Positions 11,467-26,929 are shown, counted from the stretch's first letter. The stretch is DNA of 64,000 nt from Eledone cirrhosa (GCA_964016885.1 OZ024743.1:60016001-60080000); one strand, 5' to 3'. Numbers and translations: made by a program. Notes: generated from the letters alone by a model not told the origin.

Positions 11467-13786
11467 GTGGCGCCGGTAAGGTATTGTCAGCCATTGAAAA
11501 GAAATATGGAGAGTCGATCTAACAGCACTAGGGTTAGAGCCCCTAATTACACTGTCAAGGAGCAGCCTGGTCGTTATGACTCTGCTGGCTTAGAGCCACA
11601 GAGAGGGCCAGTGGATGATGGATCAGCTGTCTCTGAGACAAATATAAAGAATGCAGTTTTGTCCTTCAGAAGAGCCATCAAAATGGGCACTTTGAATGTG
11701 AGGACTATTCGAACGCTGGAGAAGAGAGAGGAGTTGGGACATCTGTTCGAGGAGAGTGGTATACAGATACTTGCGATCCAAGAACACAGGATTCTACACG
11801 ATGAGCCCGTGAGGAGTGTGATGATCGGGAGGAAGAGCCAGCTCATCACTACATCGGCAGTGAAGAACACAACAGATGCTGCAGTGGGAGGAGTGGTTTC
11901 TGTGTTCAGTGCAAAAACCAATCTGTTGGTGAGGGAAATAATGCCTATCTCCCCGCGAGTGTTGAGGGTGACCTTCAATGGAAACCCAAGACTGACAGTC
12001 ATCTCAGCCTATAGTCCAACCGAGGGGGACAGTGATGTGAATGCCGAGGAGTTCCATGAGGAGGTGTGTAGAGCTGTCAGCACCACTCAGGCAAACAATA
12101 TCCTGCTTGTTTTGGGGGAATTCAATGCACATCTGAGTAAGGAGGGCAGTGAAGATCCTTGCTGGTACTTCCATAACAACACCAACCGAAATGGAAGACT
12201 ACTGAGAGACACCCTGCTGGAGGCGAACTTGATGGCGACCAACCTAAGGTTTAGGAAGAATCTGGGGAAGATGTGGACCTACATCTCAGATATGCACCTG
12301 TCCAAGTCCCAGATTGATTTCATTCTGGTGAGGAAAAAGTGGCGGAATAGTGTTCTGAACACGGAACCATGCAGCTATTTCAGTACACTGGGTAGTGACC
12401 ACCGGCTTGTTATGAGTGAGGTCCGCATGAGCTTAAGAAAGAGCAAGGCTCAGCCCCGGAGAACAATCTATGACTGGGGAGCTTTCAGTGAAGATCATAA
12501 GCTACAGGAGAGGTTCACAGTGGAAGTGAGAAACAGGTTTAGTGCTCTGTGTGGAGAGTCAGAGGAGAGAGGGATTGGATGGACTGAGGATAGTGTGACG
12601 AGGAGGTACGGGCACTTCACCAATGCAGTGGCGGAAGCAAGTGAAACCCTGGTGCCGAGGAAAAAGAACAAGGGGAAGCACGTCAGCTCTGCAAACCCAA
12701 AAGTGTGTGCAGCCAGAGAACACCTGAAAGCTGCCAGGGACCAATTCTATGTTGATCCTACGGAGGAGAGGATGGAGACTGTGGAGGTGATGAGGGAAGA
12801 GCTCTGTACCGCTTACACTGAGGTCAGAGAGGAGGCACTGATAGAGAAGATCGGAAGTGTAGAGAGAGCGGTTGACAGATCTGGATGTAAGGAGAGCTGG
12901 ATGATCATCAATGAGATCACAGTCAGGAAGAGAAGGTGTTCGAGTCAGATCCAGGGAACGGGGCCCGAGGATAGGAAGATGAAATGGCTAGACCATTTTA
13001 GGACCCTACTAGGAGTGCCACCCTCCACAGCCCAGAGCACTGGGGAGATCAGGCGGCTGTTTGAGGAACTAGATGTTGAGACAGAGCCCTTCACCAGAGA
13101 GGAGCTTCAGAGAGCCAAGAAGAAGATCAAGGACGGCAAGGCTCATGGAGAAGATGGATTGGCAACAGAGGTGATGAAGAGGTGTGATTTTGATGATATC
13201 ATCCTGGGGTTCTGTAACGGGGCACTGGAGAAACGAGTTGCCCCGAATCAGTGGAGGATCAGTAACATCGTCCCAGTGCCAAAGAAGGGAGATCTCTCTA
13301 ACACCAACAACTACCGGGGGATCTCACTGACGTCACTTGTGGCAAAGACCCTCAACAGGATGATTCTTAACAGGATCCAGCCTGAGATGGAGAAGAAGCT
13401 CAGGGACAACCAGAACGGCTTCAGAGAGGGTAGATCAACCACCAGTCACATCCTGATGCTGAGGAGGATATTAGAGGGAGCTAGAGCAAAGTGCCTTCCT
13501 GCGGTCAAGGTTTTCATTGACTTTAGGAAGGCCTTTGATTATGTGGACCGTTACTGCCTGATGAAGATCTTACAGGCTTATGGAATCCCCAAGAGGATAG
13601 TGGACCTGATATCACTGCTCTACACCAACTCCAAAGCCCAAGACATTACATCTGATGGGATGACAGAGTTCTTTGAGATACTGGCTGGAGTGCTCCAGGG
13701 AGATACATTGGCTCCCTACCTTTTTATCATCGTAGTGAACTATTGTATGCGTCTTGCACTGGAGAAACACCAGGACTCTGGCTTTA

Positions 13787-13791
<5 letters not shown>
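11467..13791 (+). CDS. RTE-clade LINE ORF: AP endonuclease plus N-half of reverse transcriptase, ending at a (TA)n tract
   Basis: GTLNVRT, AIQEHR, SAYSPT, LGEFNAH, SQIDFIL, SDHRLV (APE); VPKKGDLS..NYRGISL, QNGFR, FIDFRKAFD, GVLQGDTLAPYLF (RT); about 775 uninterrupted codons. Confidence 0.95.
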
Positions 13792-13860
<69 letters not shown>

Positions 13861-13869
13861 TTATTAAAA

Positions 13870-14368
13870 TAACAGATTAAAGTGTAAGCAAAGAATCGCT
13901 GCTTTCACACTTATCGGGATCTTCTGAAACTAACAAAGTCAATCTGTGAACGCAGAAGTGAATATTTCAAAAAAACGTTGCAACCGGAGGAAGATAGGAA
14001 GACGATACTTTGGTTCGTGGAAACGTTCCCTGGCAAAGAACGGGAAAAAACGAATATAATACGTCATTATTTGGAGCAGTGAAAAACAATTACGCTCAAA
14101 AACAAAACCACTGCGGAGGTTACTGATCGTATCGGCCTTTTCCTGCTTTTCTCTATCAATGACGAATTCCCCAACGTGGGCGGTGGTTTGTACCGTGATG
14201 ATGGTCTTTTGACCATGACTAAGTGCGGCCCATGTGCTTGCGACAGGTTCAGAAAAGAACTCACAGCTTCTTTAAAGGCTTCAACCTCTCTATACAGGTT
14301 GAGGCCAACATCTCGGTCGTTAATTACCTCGAGGTTACCATCAATTTATCGAATCGCTTGTATTACCC
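13870..14368 (+). pseudogene. Penelope-like RT fragment, frameshifted
   Basis: AEVTDRIGLFLL...GGGLYRDDGLL...DRFRKEL / FFKGFNLSIQVEANISVVNYLEVTINL. Confidence 0.8.
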
Positions 14369-14371
14369 GGA

Positions 14372-14429
14372 ACGATGTACTAGTTTCAAGCTTCTTAGCT
14401 ATCATCTTCTTAGCTATCATCAGCACCGT
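14372..14429 (-). ncRNA. Minimal type I hammerhead with 15-nt internal duplication
   Basis: Minus strand acggtg-CTGATGA-tagctaagaagatga-tagctaagaagctt-GAAAC-ta-GTA-catcgt. Confidence 0.7.
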
Positions 14430-14620
14430 ATACCCTTCTGCCAGATGGTTGAACGTTCGAAAGTATATACTTTCCGTATGAAAATTAACGGCTGAGCAGC
14501 CTAATTTGCATATCGAGTGAGTTCAGTCGGCCAGGCGCACCGAAAACGATAAGTTGAAATAGAATGAATCGAAATTTCATTTCTCACTCTTAGTACGGCT
14601 CTTACTTAAATGTAAGTATG

Positions 14621-14700
<80 letters not shown>

Positions 14701-14935
14701 TACTACTGTACGTCTGTATACATATATGTATGTACGTAGACATACATACTTACATTTAAGTAAGTGCCGTACTAAGAGTGAGAAATGAAATTTCATTTCA
14801 TTCTATTTCAACTTATCGTTTTCGGTGCGCCTGGCCGACTGAACTCACTCGATATGCAAATTAGGCTGCTCAGCCGTTAATTTTCATGAGGAAAGTATAT
14901 ACTTTCGAACGTTCAACCATCTGGCAGAAGGGTAT

Positions 14936-14978
14936 ACGGTGCTGACGATAGCTAAGAAGCTTGAAACTAGTACATCGT
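14936..14978 (+). ncRNA. Minimal type I hammerhead ribozyme
   Basis: acggtg-CTGACGA-t-agct-aaga-agct-t-GAAAC-ta-GTA-catcgt; palindromic stem III actagt. Confidence 0.85.
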
Positions 14979-15127
14979 TCTTGTGTCAGTGTTGAACAAA
15001 AAGGTGACGTGGTTGCCTAAACACCGTACGGCATAAATCAGGCTGTCCGTTTGTTTACAAACGGACAAAGCGGACGTTATAATAAACGTCCGCTAAACTG
15101 ATACGTACATATATATATGTGTACCTG

Positions 15128-15158
<31 letters not shown>

Positions 15159-15292
15159 GCATACTACTGTACGTCTGTATACATATATGTATGTACGTAT
15201 ACATACATACTTACATTTAAGTAAGTGCCGTACTAAGAGTGAGAAATCAAATTTCGTTTCATTCTATTTCAACTTATGTATATATATATATG

Positions 15293-15323
<31 letters not shown>

Positions 15324-15994
15324 GTATATATATATAGCGGCGATGAATTAGTTTTGCGAGGTTTTTTATATGAAATCGTGTGTCGAAACAGATATTGTTA
15401 TATTTGGGGAGGGTCATATTTGCGTAATATTGCCAGAATTAATAACAGAACACACTCACTGTTTGGTTGGTTTTCGCTTCTCGCTGTCTTTTATATCTGC
15501 GATCTAACTTACTCGGTCCTCAATGTTGCCATTGACTGACCGACGGTCAAAAATAATACAGATACAATATAGACGCAAACACATATATATAGTTTACATA
15601 ATTTACATAAATCTTTCGTTGCACATCTGCAACATCGACAGTGGTGTTATATTCATTGTTCCTCCTGTTGTGTTGTATGTCTACGCCATTTTTTTTTTTT
15701 TGTTCAGTCTGTCTATATATCTATTTATTTATTTGCTTGTTTGTTTATCTTATTTTATTTTGTCTTCTTTGCGCATGCGTTTGCGTGTGTGTATAGTGTT
15801 ATGTGTGATGTGTGACTAGTGTGTATAGTGTTGTGTCTGCTGGGTGACTAGTGTGTGTTTATGTGCTTGTTGTTATTGTGCTTGTGTTATTGTGCTTGTA
15901 TAAATACATACACAAGCACAATAACAACAAGCACATAAACACACGATGTACTAGTTTCAAGCTTGTTAGCTTCAACTATCTGGCAGATGGGTAA

Positions 15995-16037
15995 ACGGTG
16001 CTGATGATAGCTAACAAGCTTGAAACTAGTACATCGT
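15995..16037 (+). ncRNA. Minimal type I hammerhead ribozyme
   Basis: acggtg-CTGATGA-t-agct-aaca-agct-t-GAAAC-ta-GTA-catcgt. Confidence 0.85.
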
Positions 16038-16211
16038 TCCTGTGTCAATGTTGAACAAAAAGGTGACGTGGTTGCCTTAACACCGTATGGCATAAATTCA
16101 GGCCGTTCAGTTTGTTGACAAACGAACAAAGCGGCGTTATAATATGCGTCCGCTAAACTGATGCGTGCATATATGTATGTGTACCTGTATGTATATATAT
16201 ATATGTATATA

Positions 16212-16305
<94 letters not shown>

Positions 16306-16353
16306 TGCTACTGTACGTCTGTATACATATATGTATGTACGTATACATACATA

Positions 16354-17086
<733 letters not shown>

Positions 17087-17178
17087 AAATGTTCATCAAA
17101 TATTAATTTATTCTGCTCAGAAGCGATTCTTAGAGCTGAAATGATTGTAAATGACCCCATTGAGTCTAAACTCTAAGC

Positions 17179-17241
<63 letters not shown>

Positions 17242-17439
17242 GTCTGTGTGTGTGTATAAATATATACTCGGAGAAAGCTAATAGCGATACTCCAGCCAAA
17301 TTCCAACTCACTCAACAAACATTAGGAAATACCTGAGTATATTCCCAATTAAATAATTAAACGTTCGTGTGCCAACAAATTGTATTGTGTGGAAAATTGG
17401 CTGTATCATTTCATATGAGATATATCAAATATACCACTT

Positions 17440-17562
17440 CCCAGACGACTTGTTTCATTATAAGATTTCTACAAGTTGGGTAAAATTATACAAAATTATG
17501 CAGAAGCTTGTATATGATCAACATATACTTATTCAAGTGGTCTCCTATAATTCTTCAGTCGG
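17440..17562 (-). ncRNA. Type I hammerhead ribozyme (downstream copy on minus strand)
   Basis: ccga-CTGAAGA-attatagg...cttataat-GAAAC-aagtc-GTC-tggg; one mismatch each in stems I and III. Confidence 0.6.
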
Positions 17563-18107
17563 TGCCCAATAATATTAATATTGATAACCAAATCAAAATC
17601 AATATTTAGCGATAATCCCTATCAGTGTTTGAGGGAACTGCCAGATTGTTAGTCCAGCAGTTCTAAAGAAAATCTCACACTGTCTCGAAAATAGGAGGAA
17701 GAGACTACCGCCAAAAAAACAATACATGCGCAGGTTAATGAAATCTGAAAAGAATTCAAGCCACGTGCTAGACCTCAATTGGATCGCTTGATGACACATA
17801 GAGATATTTTCTCGGGCCAAATAACAGAATCAGATACAAGAATAAACAATCAATATTCGTATAAAAATAAACAAAGAGAGTCATACCCTATATCAGGAAA
17901 GTTCATATCTGTTGCTCCAAGAGTAAATATATAAATACATAATCGGAGAAAGCTAAGAGCGATACTCCGGCCAAATTCCAACTCACTTAACAAACATTTG
18001 GAAATACCTGAGTATATTCCCAATTAAGCGTTCGGGGTGCTAACTAATTGTATTGCGTGGAAAATTGGCTGTATCATTTCATATGAGATATATCAAATAT
18101 ATCACTT

Positions 18108-18231
18108 CCCAGACGACTCGTTTCATTATGAGATTTCTACAAGTTGTGGTGAAATTATACCAAATTATGCAGAAGCTTGTATAAGATCAACAGATCCTTA
18201 TTCAAGTGGGCTCTTATAATTCTTCAGTGGG
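18108..18231 (-). ncRNA. Type I hammerhead ribozyme (upstream copy on minus strand)
   Basis: ccca-CTGAAGA-attataag...ctcataat-GAAAC-gagtc-GTC-tggg; near-palindromic stem III acgagtcgt. Confidence 0.75.
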
Positions 18232-18269
18232 TGCCCAATAATATTAATATTGATAACCAAAACAACATC

Positions 18270-18357
18270 AATGTTTAGATATATGTATATATCAATATAT
18301 AGATCAATATATAGATATATGTATATATCTATATATATGTATATGTATATATGTATG

Positions 18358-18403
<46 letters not shown>

Positions 18404-18435
18404 CATATATATATGTATATATGTATGTATGTATG

Positions 18436-18501
<66 letters not shown>

Positions 18502-18847
18502 CATATATACATATACATATACACACATACATATAGACATATATATGCATACATACATATACACACACATATACATACATACATATACATATATATATAC
18601 ATACATACATATATATACATATATATACACACACATACATACACATACATATACACATACATACATACATACATACATATACATATATATACACATACAT
18701 GTTTATATATATGTGTATATGTGTGTATATATGTATGTATGTATATATGTATATATATGTGTATGTATGTATATGTATATGTATGTATATGTATGCGTAT
18801 GTATGTATGTATATATATGTGTATATGTGTGTATGTATGTATGTATA
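18270..18847. repeat. Compound (TA)n/(TATG)n/(CATA)n microsatellite
   Basis: Direct inspection. Confidence 0.95.
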
Positions 18848-19293
18848 AGGAGCTCTTAAGAGTCAATGGCCATCCAAAATCACTGGGAGAGATGACCCCT
18901 TAGCCTTTGTCAAGGCAGAATTCTAGGAGAAGGAAAACTCTGATATAACACCTGCAACCCTGATGGTATCCAATGATGTTGACTTGTTCTTCTTTTTGGT
19001 AAATATCATCTTGGTTAAGAGAGTGGGACTGGCTTTGTGCAGTGCCTTTGCTCACTATAAAAGCTTCACGGCACAGGCATTGCTTTATATCTGGAGATCT
19101 CTCTGCACTTGTCGTCACATGGTACCATGGGCCCAGCACTATGTGTCAATAATTGTCACAGGTGTAGTGTTTGTACCAGAGTTTTCAAGTCTCTGGCTAG
19201 ACTAAAAAGTCACACTCGTTCAGCGCATCGGTAGGGGTTCTCCTACATGGATATAAAGTAGTGGCCGTACTCGAAAACGAGTTGGCAGCCACC
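18848..19293 (+). mobile_element. Bipartite non-autonomous RTE derivative, 5'-truncated copy
   Basis: RTE-like 5' motif ctaggagaaggaaaactctg joined to an ORF-end remnant (C..C..F..L..L.SHTRSAHR*) and 3' stem-loop ctcg-aaaa-cgag before a microsatellite tail. Confidence 0.7.
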
Positions 19294-19336
19294 ATGTATG
19301 TATATATATGTGTATATGTGTGTATGTATGTATATA

Positions 19337-19963
19337 TATATATGTATATATATATGTCAGGTCACCAGTTGGTCCTACTGGTAACATGTATCCCAGTACA
19401 CCCTGTCTTATGGTCGGGTCGTTGGCGACTAAACTGGCAACCCCACCAAGGTTTTCTGGTGAGGAGGGTGACTTTGCACATCCTGCAGTACTAAAAACAA
19501 AACCTGTCAAAGGGAAAAGGAGCTCTTAAGAGACAATGGCCATCCAAAATCATCGGGAGAGATGACCCCTTAGCTTTTGTCAAGGCAGAATTCTAGGAGA
19601 AGGAAAACTCTGATATAACACGTGCAACCCTGATGGTATCCAATGATGTTGACTTGTTCTTCTTTTTGGTAAATATCATCTTGGTTAAGAGAGTGCGATT
19701 GACTTTGTGCAGTGCCTTTGCTCAATATAAAAGCTTCACGGCACAAGCATTACTTTATATCTGGAGATCTCTCTGCACTTGTCGTCACATGGTACCATAG
19801 GCCCAGCACTATGTATCAATAATTATCACAAATGTAGTGTTTGTTCCAGAGTTTTCAAGTCACTGGCTGGACTAAAAAGTGACATTCGTTCAGCGCATCG
19901 GTAGGGGTTCTCGTACATTTATATAAAGTAGTGGCCGTACTCGAAAACGAGCTGGCAGCCCCC
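19337..19963 (+). mobile_element. Bipartite non-autonomous RTE derivative, longer tandem copy
   Basis: 19519-19963 duplicates 18848-19293; extra 5' part gggtcgttggcgactaaactggcaaccccacc also present at 48.6 and 49.45 kb. Confidence 0.7.
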
Positions 19964-19989
19964 ATATATATATATATATATGTGTATAT

Positions 19990-20407
19990 ACTAGATCTGA
20001 AAAATGCGCAAGCTCAAAAGAGAAACAGAATGTTACAATAAACCTTCAAAAGTGTGGGACTAGAGTTGTTGCTCAAAAATATAGTATTCATTATCTATCG
20101 TACACTCTGTGGCATCCTTTTATAAAAAAGAGACTCAAGACGACACGCTAATTATTTAAGCTAATGGATGATAAGTAATGATTAATATGAAATGCACTTA
20201 AACCGCATTCTATATTATAAATTCACTTAAATCATTATTGTTTCGTCTTGAGTTCGTTATGAGTCTCTTTTTTGTAAAAAGATGCCACAGAAGTGTACGA
20301 TAGATAATGATTACAATACTTTTCAGCAACAACTCTAGTCCCACATTTTGAAGGTTTATTATAACATTTTGTGGCTCTTTTGAGCTTGCGCACTTTTCAG
20401 GTCTAGT
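19990..20407. repeat. Fold-back with ~150-bp diverged arms, ACTAG...CTAGT termini
   Basis: actagatctgaaaaatgcgcaagctcaaaagag... mirrored by ...ctcttttgagcttgcgcacttttcaggtctagt. Confidence 0.85.
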
Positions 20408-21159
20408 TTTATATTTTTTAAGGCAACGCTTGTAATAACTCTAGTTAAACATGACATATATTAATAATAAATTATCGTTGTAAGGTAATTAGATTACATA
20501 ATTGTTATTTTATAAATGATCTTATAACTATTATTGTAAGATGTATAAAAATATTTTCAGTCTTTCTTACTATAAACAACTACAAAAAACAATCAATATT
20601 AAATAAATATATTTTACATAATAATTGTTATAGTTTAATTAATAAAAATTAAATATTACATACAAATAGTCTAACATAATAATAAAAAAATAATCTAATA
20701 TAATAATAATAAAATAATCTAACATAAAACGAACAATAATATGGACAAATATACAAGTAAATATGATACAACCAATATTATAAGCATGTTATAACGAACT
20801 GAAAAAAAAAGTTAATACAAATTTAAAAAATCATATATAAATTAACAATATAACTTACCAAAACGAGAAAAATATTTTGATGATAAACGTCGAAATACAG
20901 GAGGAAGATTCGAAGGCGAAAAGATAAATAAACGTGCAGACATAGTGGCGGATGCTTTTGAGTAACAATTTCTCTCATTGGTTGATTAGCCAATAAGACG
21001 ATGAAATTAGCCAATAAAATGATACATTACAAAAGATGTTTGGCAGAGGTCAACACAGCCAGCGAAACCCCTTGAATTTTTTGTATTCACAAGCTACGCA
21101 TATATGCAGACATGCAAACTTAAAACATTCTGTTGTTAGTCACTGCGTGTCTAACAGAT

Positions 21160-21780
21160 ACAGCACAAATTTGACGTTGTATAAGAGGTTATAACTTTTG
21201 TGCTTCTCCACATTCATATCTGGCATAATTACTGCAAGTTCCCTTACAGATGGACGATTGCATATCTGGCCATTAATTGTATGAATGTGTTTCTTTAAAA
21301 AAATGACCATTGAGAACATGTATATTAACAGTGTCCAAATATTTGTTGTTGTTATTGTGAAAAAGGTAACACCGCAGCTTGTAATGATGTCATCTCTGCC
21401 TAGTCTGACTACTAATGTCATTCGGTGATCTAGTTGATATGCTGTATCGTGAATATACATGTGTGCAAGTTGTGGTTACTGGGTTGACAAGATAGGTTAA
21501 TGTGAAGATTATTATTAGAAGATCCATCCATGTACTGTATAAGTATATACACCTTATTGATTTTTTTTTCTGTCTTCAGTTCCAGTTATATAAGAGAATG
21601 TGAAAAAACAAAAGCCGAGTTATATAAACCTTAATATTAGAATTATATCGTATACCCTCATCCGTAGTTGCTGTTAACATTTCTTTAAGAAGAAGGGGTG
21701 GATGGTGTATGAGTGGAAATGACACCTGTGTATTCCCACAACATAAATTGAACAAAAGATTTCTCTAGGACCTCCTAGAT
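21160..21780 (-). pseudogene. Helitron Rep-helicase N-terminal fragment
   Basis: LCCGNTQVSFP; NIKV/YNSAFVF; GVYTYTVHGWI; PQLAHMYIHDTAYQLDHRM; NRPSVRELAVIMP match Helitron motifs (NIRxYNSAFAF, GPYxFRIHGQ, PxFAQLYIYD, YNxPTxxEVA). Confidence 0.7.
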
Positions 21781-23234
21781 ATTCTTTCTGTAAATATTTA
21801 GAGCATTCCTCATCCATTTTTACTGCACAGTTTATTTTAATTCCATCTTTTTTAATATTCTCAATTGTCTGTTGTTTAACTTGCCTTGGCCATTCGTCGT
21901 ATTATATTTGTAATCTTTGCTCGGTAATAAGTATGGTAAGGTGGGGACGTATCTGTTCGTTGGAATGGCATCACCTGCCTGAGTTTAATATATTTTGATC
22001 ATCGGCCATTGCGTAAATGTTATTTTCACACTGCCACATTGCAATTGAAGTAGTTTCCTGTGAACAAATTTGGTGAAAGTTGAAAAGCTTCTGGGTAAAA
22101 TTCAGAATATATTTTCCTCACTTAAGGGAAATAAAGCTGCACTGCATTATATTTCTTAATCGAAGTCTACAAGCTTATTCCGTTTGCATATTAAATAACA
22201 TTATTTTCTTTAATAAACTGAAACAAACGAAGGCATATTATATGTGTAGAACGTGATCGGACCATTTTTCTTTCAAGTAAAAATTAATTTTAATTTTTTT
22301 TTTATATTTCAAAGATAAATGAGATGCAAGTGATAAATGAGACAAAACTGACGCTGCTTCAAATTTGATTCTGTACGGAATCTGTGATACATGACACCGA
22401 CATTTATTTACTGGAAATCAGAAATTTAGTGCGAGATGTTAACTGAGTTATGAGTATTGAAAGAAATAAGTTTTCTCGAAAGCCGTGTCCAGGTTCAATT
22501 ACATGTTGCAATAATTGGAACTAACCATTGCTAGTAGGAAAAAGCGGACGTAAGATGATAATAATGGTGATTAATTCTATATCCTTTGTGTTATCGATTG
22601 CATTATACTTAATAAATAGGAATTATGTATTTATATTTCAGAAAATGAAATATTACGTTCCATAAATGTAAGCATGTATGTATACAAATCGTCTGTCAAA
22701 GGTATATCTATATAAACATATGCAGCTGCAGATTTCATAAGCGTCAAAATATTTTTGAGGGTGAATCCCATTTCAATAGGAAAAGTGCAATTATTTTTCA
22801 TATGACGCGTTTTATTTAACTATATATTATCACCATTTTTCTCTGGCATAGCTTCATTCTTTAATGCAGCTTCCATTCCTGGGTCCTGGGTAAATAGAAT
22901 AGGATAGTTATTCCCCTTTCCTTTCTACCCTGATGTATAGTGAAAAATTAATTCCATTACAAAATAGTGTTTGATTTGTAGGCTAACATATTATGAATTC
23001 TACGGCAATTGTTAAATATATAATGAGTAAAATGTTGAGATGGTACATTGCATTTCTGCATAGGTCCTTATATTGGAGGATTATATGATTTCAACTAAAG
23101 TTAAAAAAAAGAAAACTATTTCAAAGCTGTATATTTTTTGTCGCAAGTAAGCTGCGATATTTTTGAAACCTTAAGGTGTTGTTTATCTTTCAATACTGGT
23201 AGTGGTAAATGATATCGTCACATGTTATGTAGAG

Positions 23235-24713
<1,479 letters not shown>

Positions 24714-26286
24714 TTGGTTAATGTCACTACTCACCGTCGGTAATCGATGTAACTATCTTAAATGTGTAAACTTGTCACCCTAACTACATTGTAATGTGAT
24801 GAAATACACACAAAATCACTTTCATAAACCTCCAACCACTTTCAGATTTAATGTGTGGATACAGAATCACCATCAACGTTCATGCCACCAAGCAACACGA
24901 ACATTCAGATTTTCTTTCTTTATTTAATCAATTCAAACATCAGTGTAGAGCTGGTAAACGATGACACACTGCGAATGGTATCTAATACTAAATATATAAT
25001 TAAGACATCACACACCAACAAAGAGAGATAGAGAGGGAGAGAGAGGGAGAGAGAGAGTGAGAAAGAACGAGAGTGAGTAAAGTAAAAAGTGTAGGAAGAA
25101 ATAGGCGAAATAAATAGAATAGTAAATAACTAGAAAAAGCAAATACAACTACGAAACAGTTAAATATTTCTGTTTTTGAATCATTTTATCGCCATGTTTC
25201 TGAAACGTCTACAAAGATTTAGTTATAAACTTTTGCTAAACACACTGGCAGAAATTCGATAATACTTCTTTTCCGACTATTTGTCTATTGGTGACAAGAA
25301 TAACACAGAAATATAGAGGAACGTAGGATAGAACACTAGTAGAATGTGTCAGCGGTGATTGCAAATGTGTTTCTATAGACACGGGCAAAAAATGTATCGA
25401 TATATACTTTTAAAATAGGGTTATACATGAAAGCATGTACGATATGTTATAGCATACTTGACATACGAGATTCTTGCTATGAAAGATTGAAGGTGTGAAC
25501 ACATCACAGATGTTTCTGAATTTTCATCTTTCATCGATGACATTTACTCCCTTGATACTGAGATGAAAGTAGGCTAATGTCGATAGTTTTGCGTACTAAA
25601 CATGGGCTGGTAATTGCCATTTCTAAATAGTGAAACAAAGCATAGGCTTGAGATACGCTTTTGTAGATAAGGCGAATTTGACTGGCTTGGATTATGTAGT
25701 AAGTAACACGTAGTAAGAACGTTGTATATGAAAGCATAAAGGATATGTTTATGTATAATAAACATAGGAGAGTCTCACTGTCCGTATTTCTAAGCTGTGA
25801 ATATATCACACCTACATAAGTTGCACCTGAAAAAGCCAGACAGCTGTTTCTTTTCTTTCTTTTTTTTTCTTTTTTTTTGTTTATCCTTATCCGAATAGAC
25901 TATACTGTAAATCAATATCATCCAGTCAAGTTCATACTATACGAAAATGATCATTTGAAGCCGATATTTTGTACGTGAAAACATTAAGGCTGGCTAGAGG
26001 GCTATATCCAACTTGGATCTATGCAACTAAACAGGATATATATGGCTGTTCACCTCGACACCACTAAACCCGTCCACAAACTTGTCAACCCAGTGTTGTA
26101 TGTGTATGTGCATCTACGAATGGGTATCTCCGTAAATGTACAAGTTTAAATATGTGTGTATATGTCTTATTCTGCTTGATGTTTCCCATCACAAGAATAT
26201 TGAATGTATACCAATCACCCGAAACTGTGGACGATTTATAGAATGTGTGACATCTGAATTAACATAAACACGATTTGGGTAGAAAA

Positions 26287-26800
26287 TATTGGGTTGGCCA
26301 TCGGTCCGTTCGGTCTTAGCCAATAATAAACTTCATACGCTCTCATAGTTGCTAACTTTACATTTCCTTCTGAGTATGCACTTGTTAGATACGTCATACT
26401 GCAAAGTAGTTAGTAGCGAAACTCTGACGAGATGGGTTGTCTTTTGTGCGTTTATCTTAACCCCAAAATGGAGAACCAGAATGAACATTATCATATTTTA
26501 TTTTATTTTAAAGAAGGTATGAAAGCGTCAGAAATTGTAGGAACATATGCGCTGTGTACGGGCAGGATGACGTCATAGAACGTATGTGCCATATCATTTT
26601 CACAATCTCAATCGCAACGTTGTCGCTTCAATATGCACTACACTCTAGACGGCCAACTGTGGTTAACAGTGATGAAGTGAATGGGCTGCTTGACACCAAC
26701 TACCATTTAAAAACCAGATATCCAAATATACCATTGATTGAATAAATTGCTGTCTCATTTTCCCTAAGAAAACCCGACGAACCTTTTGGCCAAGCCAATA
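26287..26800 (+). mobile_element. Internally deleted mariner
   Basis: TA-flanked TIRs ttgggttggcca / tggccaagccaa; remnant MENQNEH..ILFYFKEG..CAVYG..ER.C..SLQYALHSRRP matches the mariner N-terminal HTH. Confidence 0.8.
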
Positions 26801-26929
26801 CATGTCCCGATGCGACTTTGAGCAAGTCCATCTGGCTACATTCAAGACAGTATATGCCAGGAAAATGCATGGTGTGCAACACGCTTACTTTCCACTTTAC
26901 ATATAATATTACAAAATATTATTTATCAA

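Larger units (their letters stand above)
17268..18262 (-). mobile_element. Non-coding element with two ~320-bp direct repeats (17268-17592, 17943-18262), each carrying a hammerhead
   Basis: tcggagaaagctaa...ttgataaccaaa duplicated around a ~350-bp unique core; TA-rich flanks. Confidence 0.8.

Noticed and set aside
10619-12744. ORFs 10619-11056(+), 11574-12002(-), 12559-12744(-)
   Set aside because: Antisense shadows of the RTE ORF with no independent motifs
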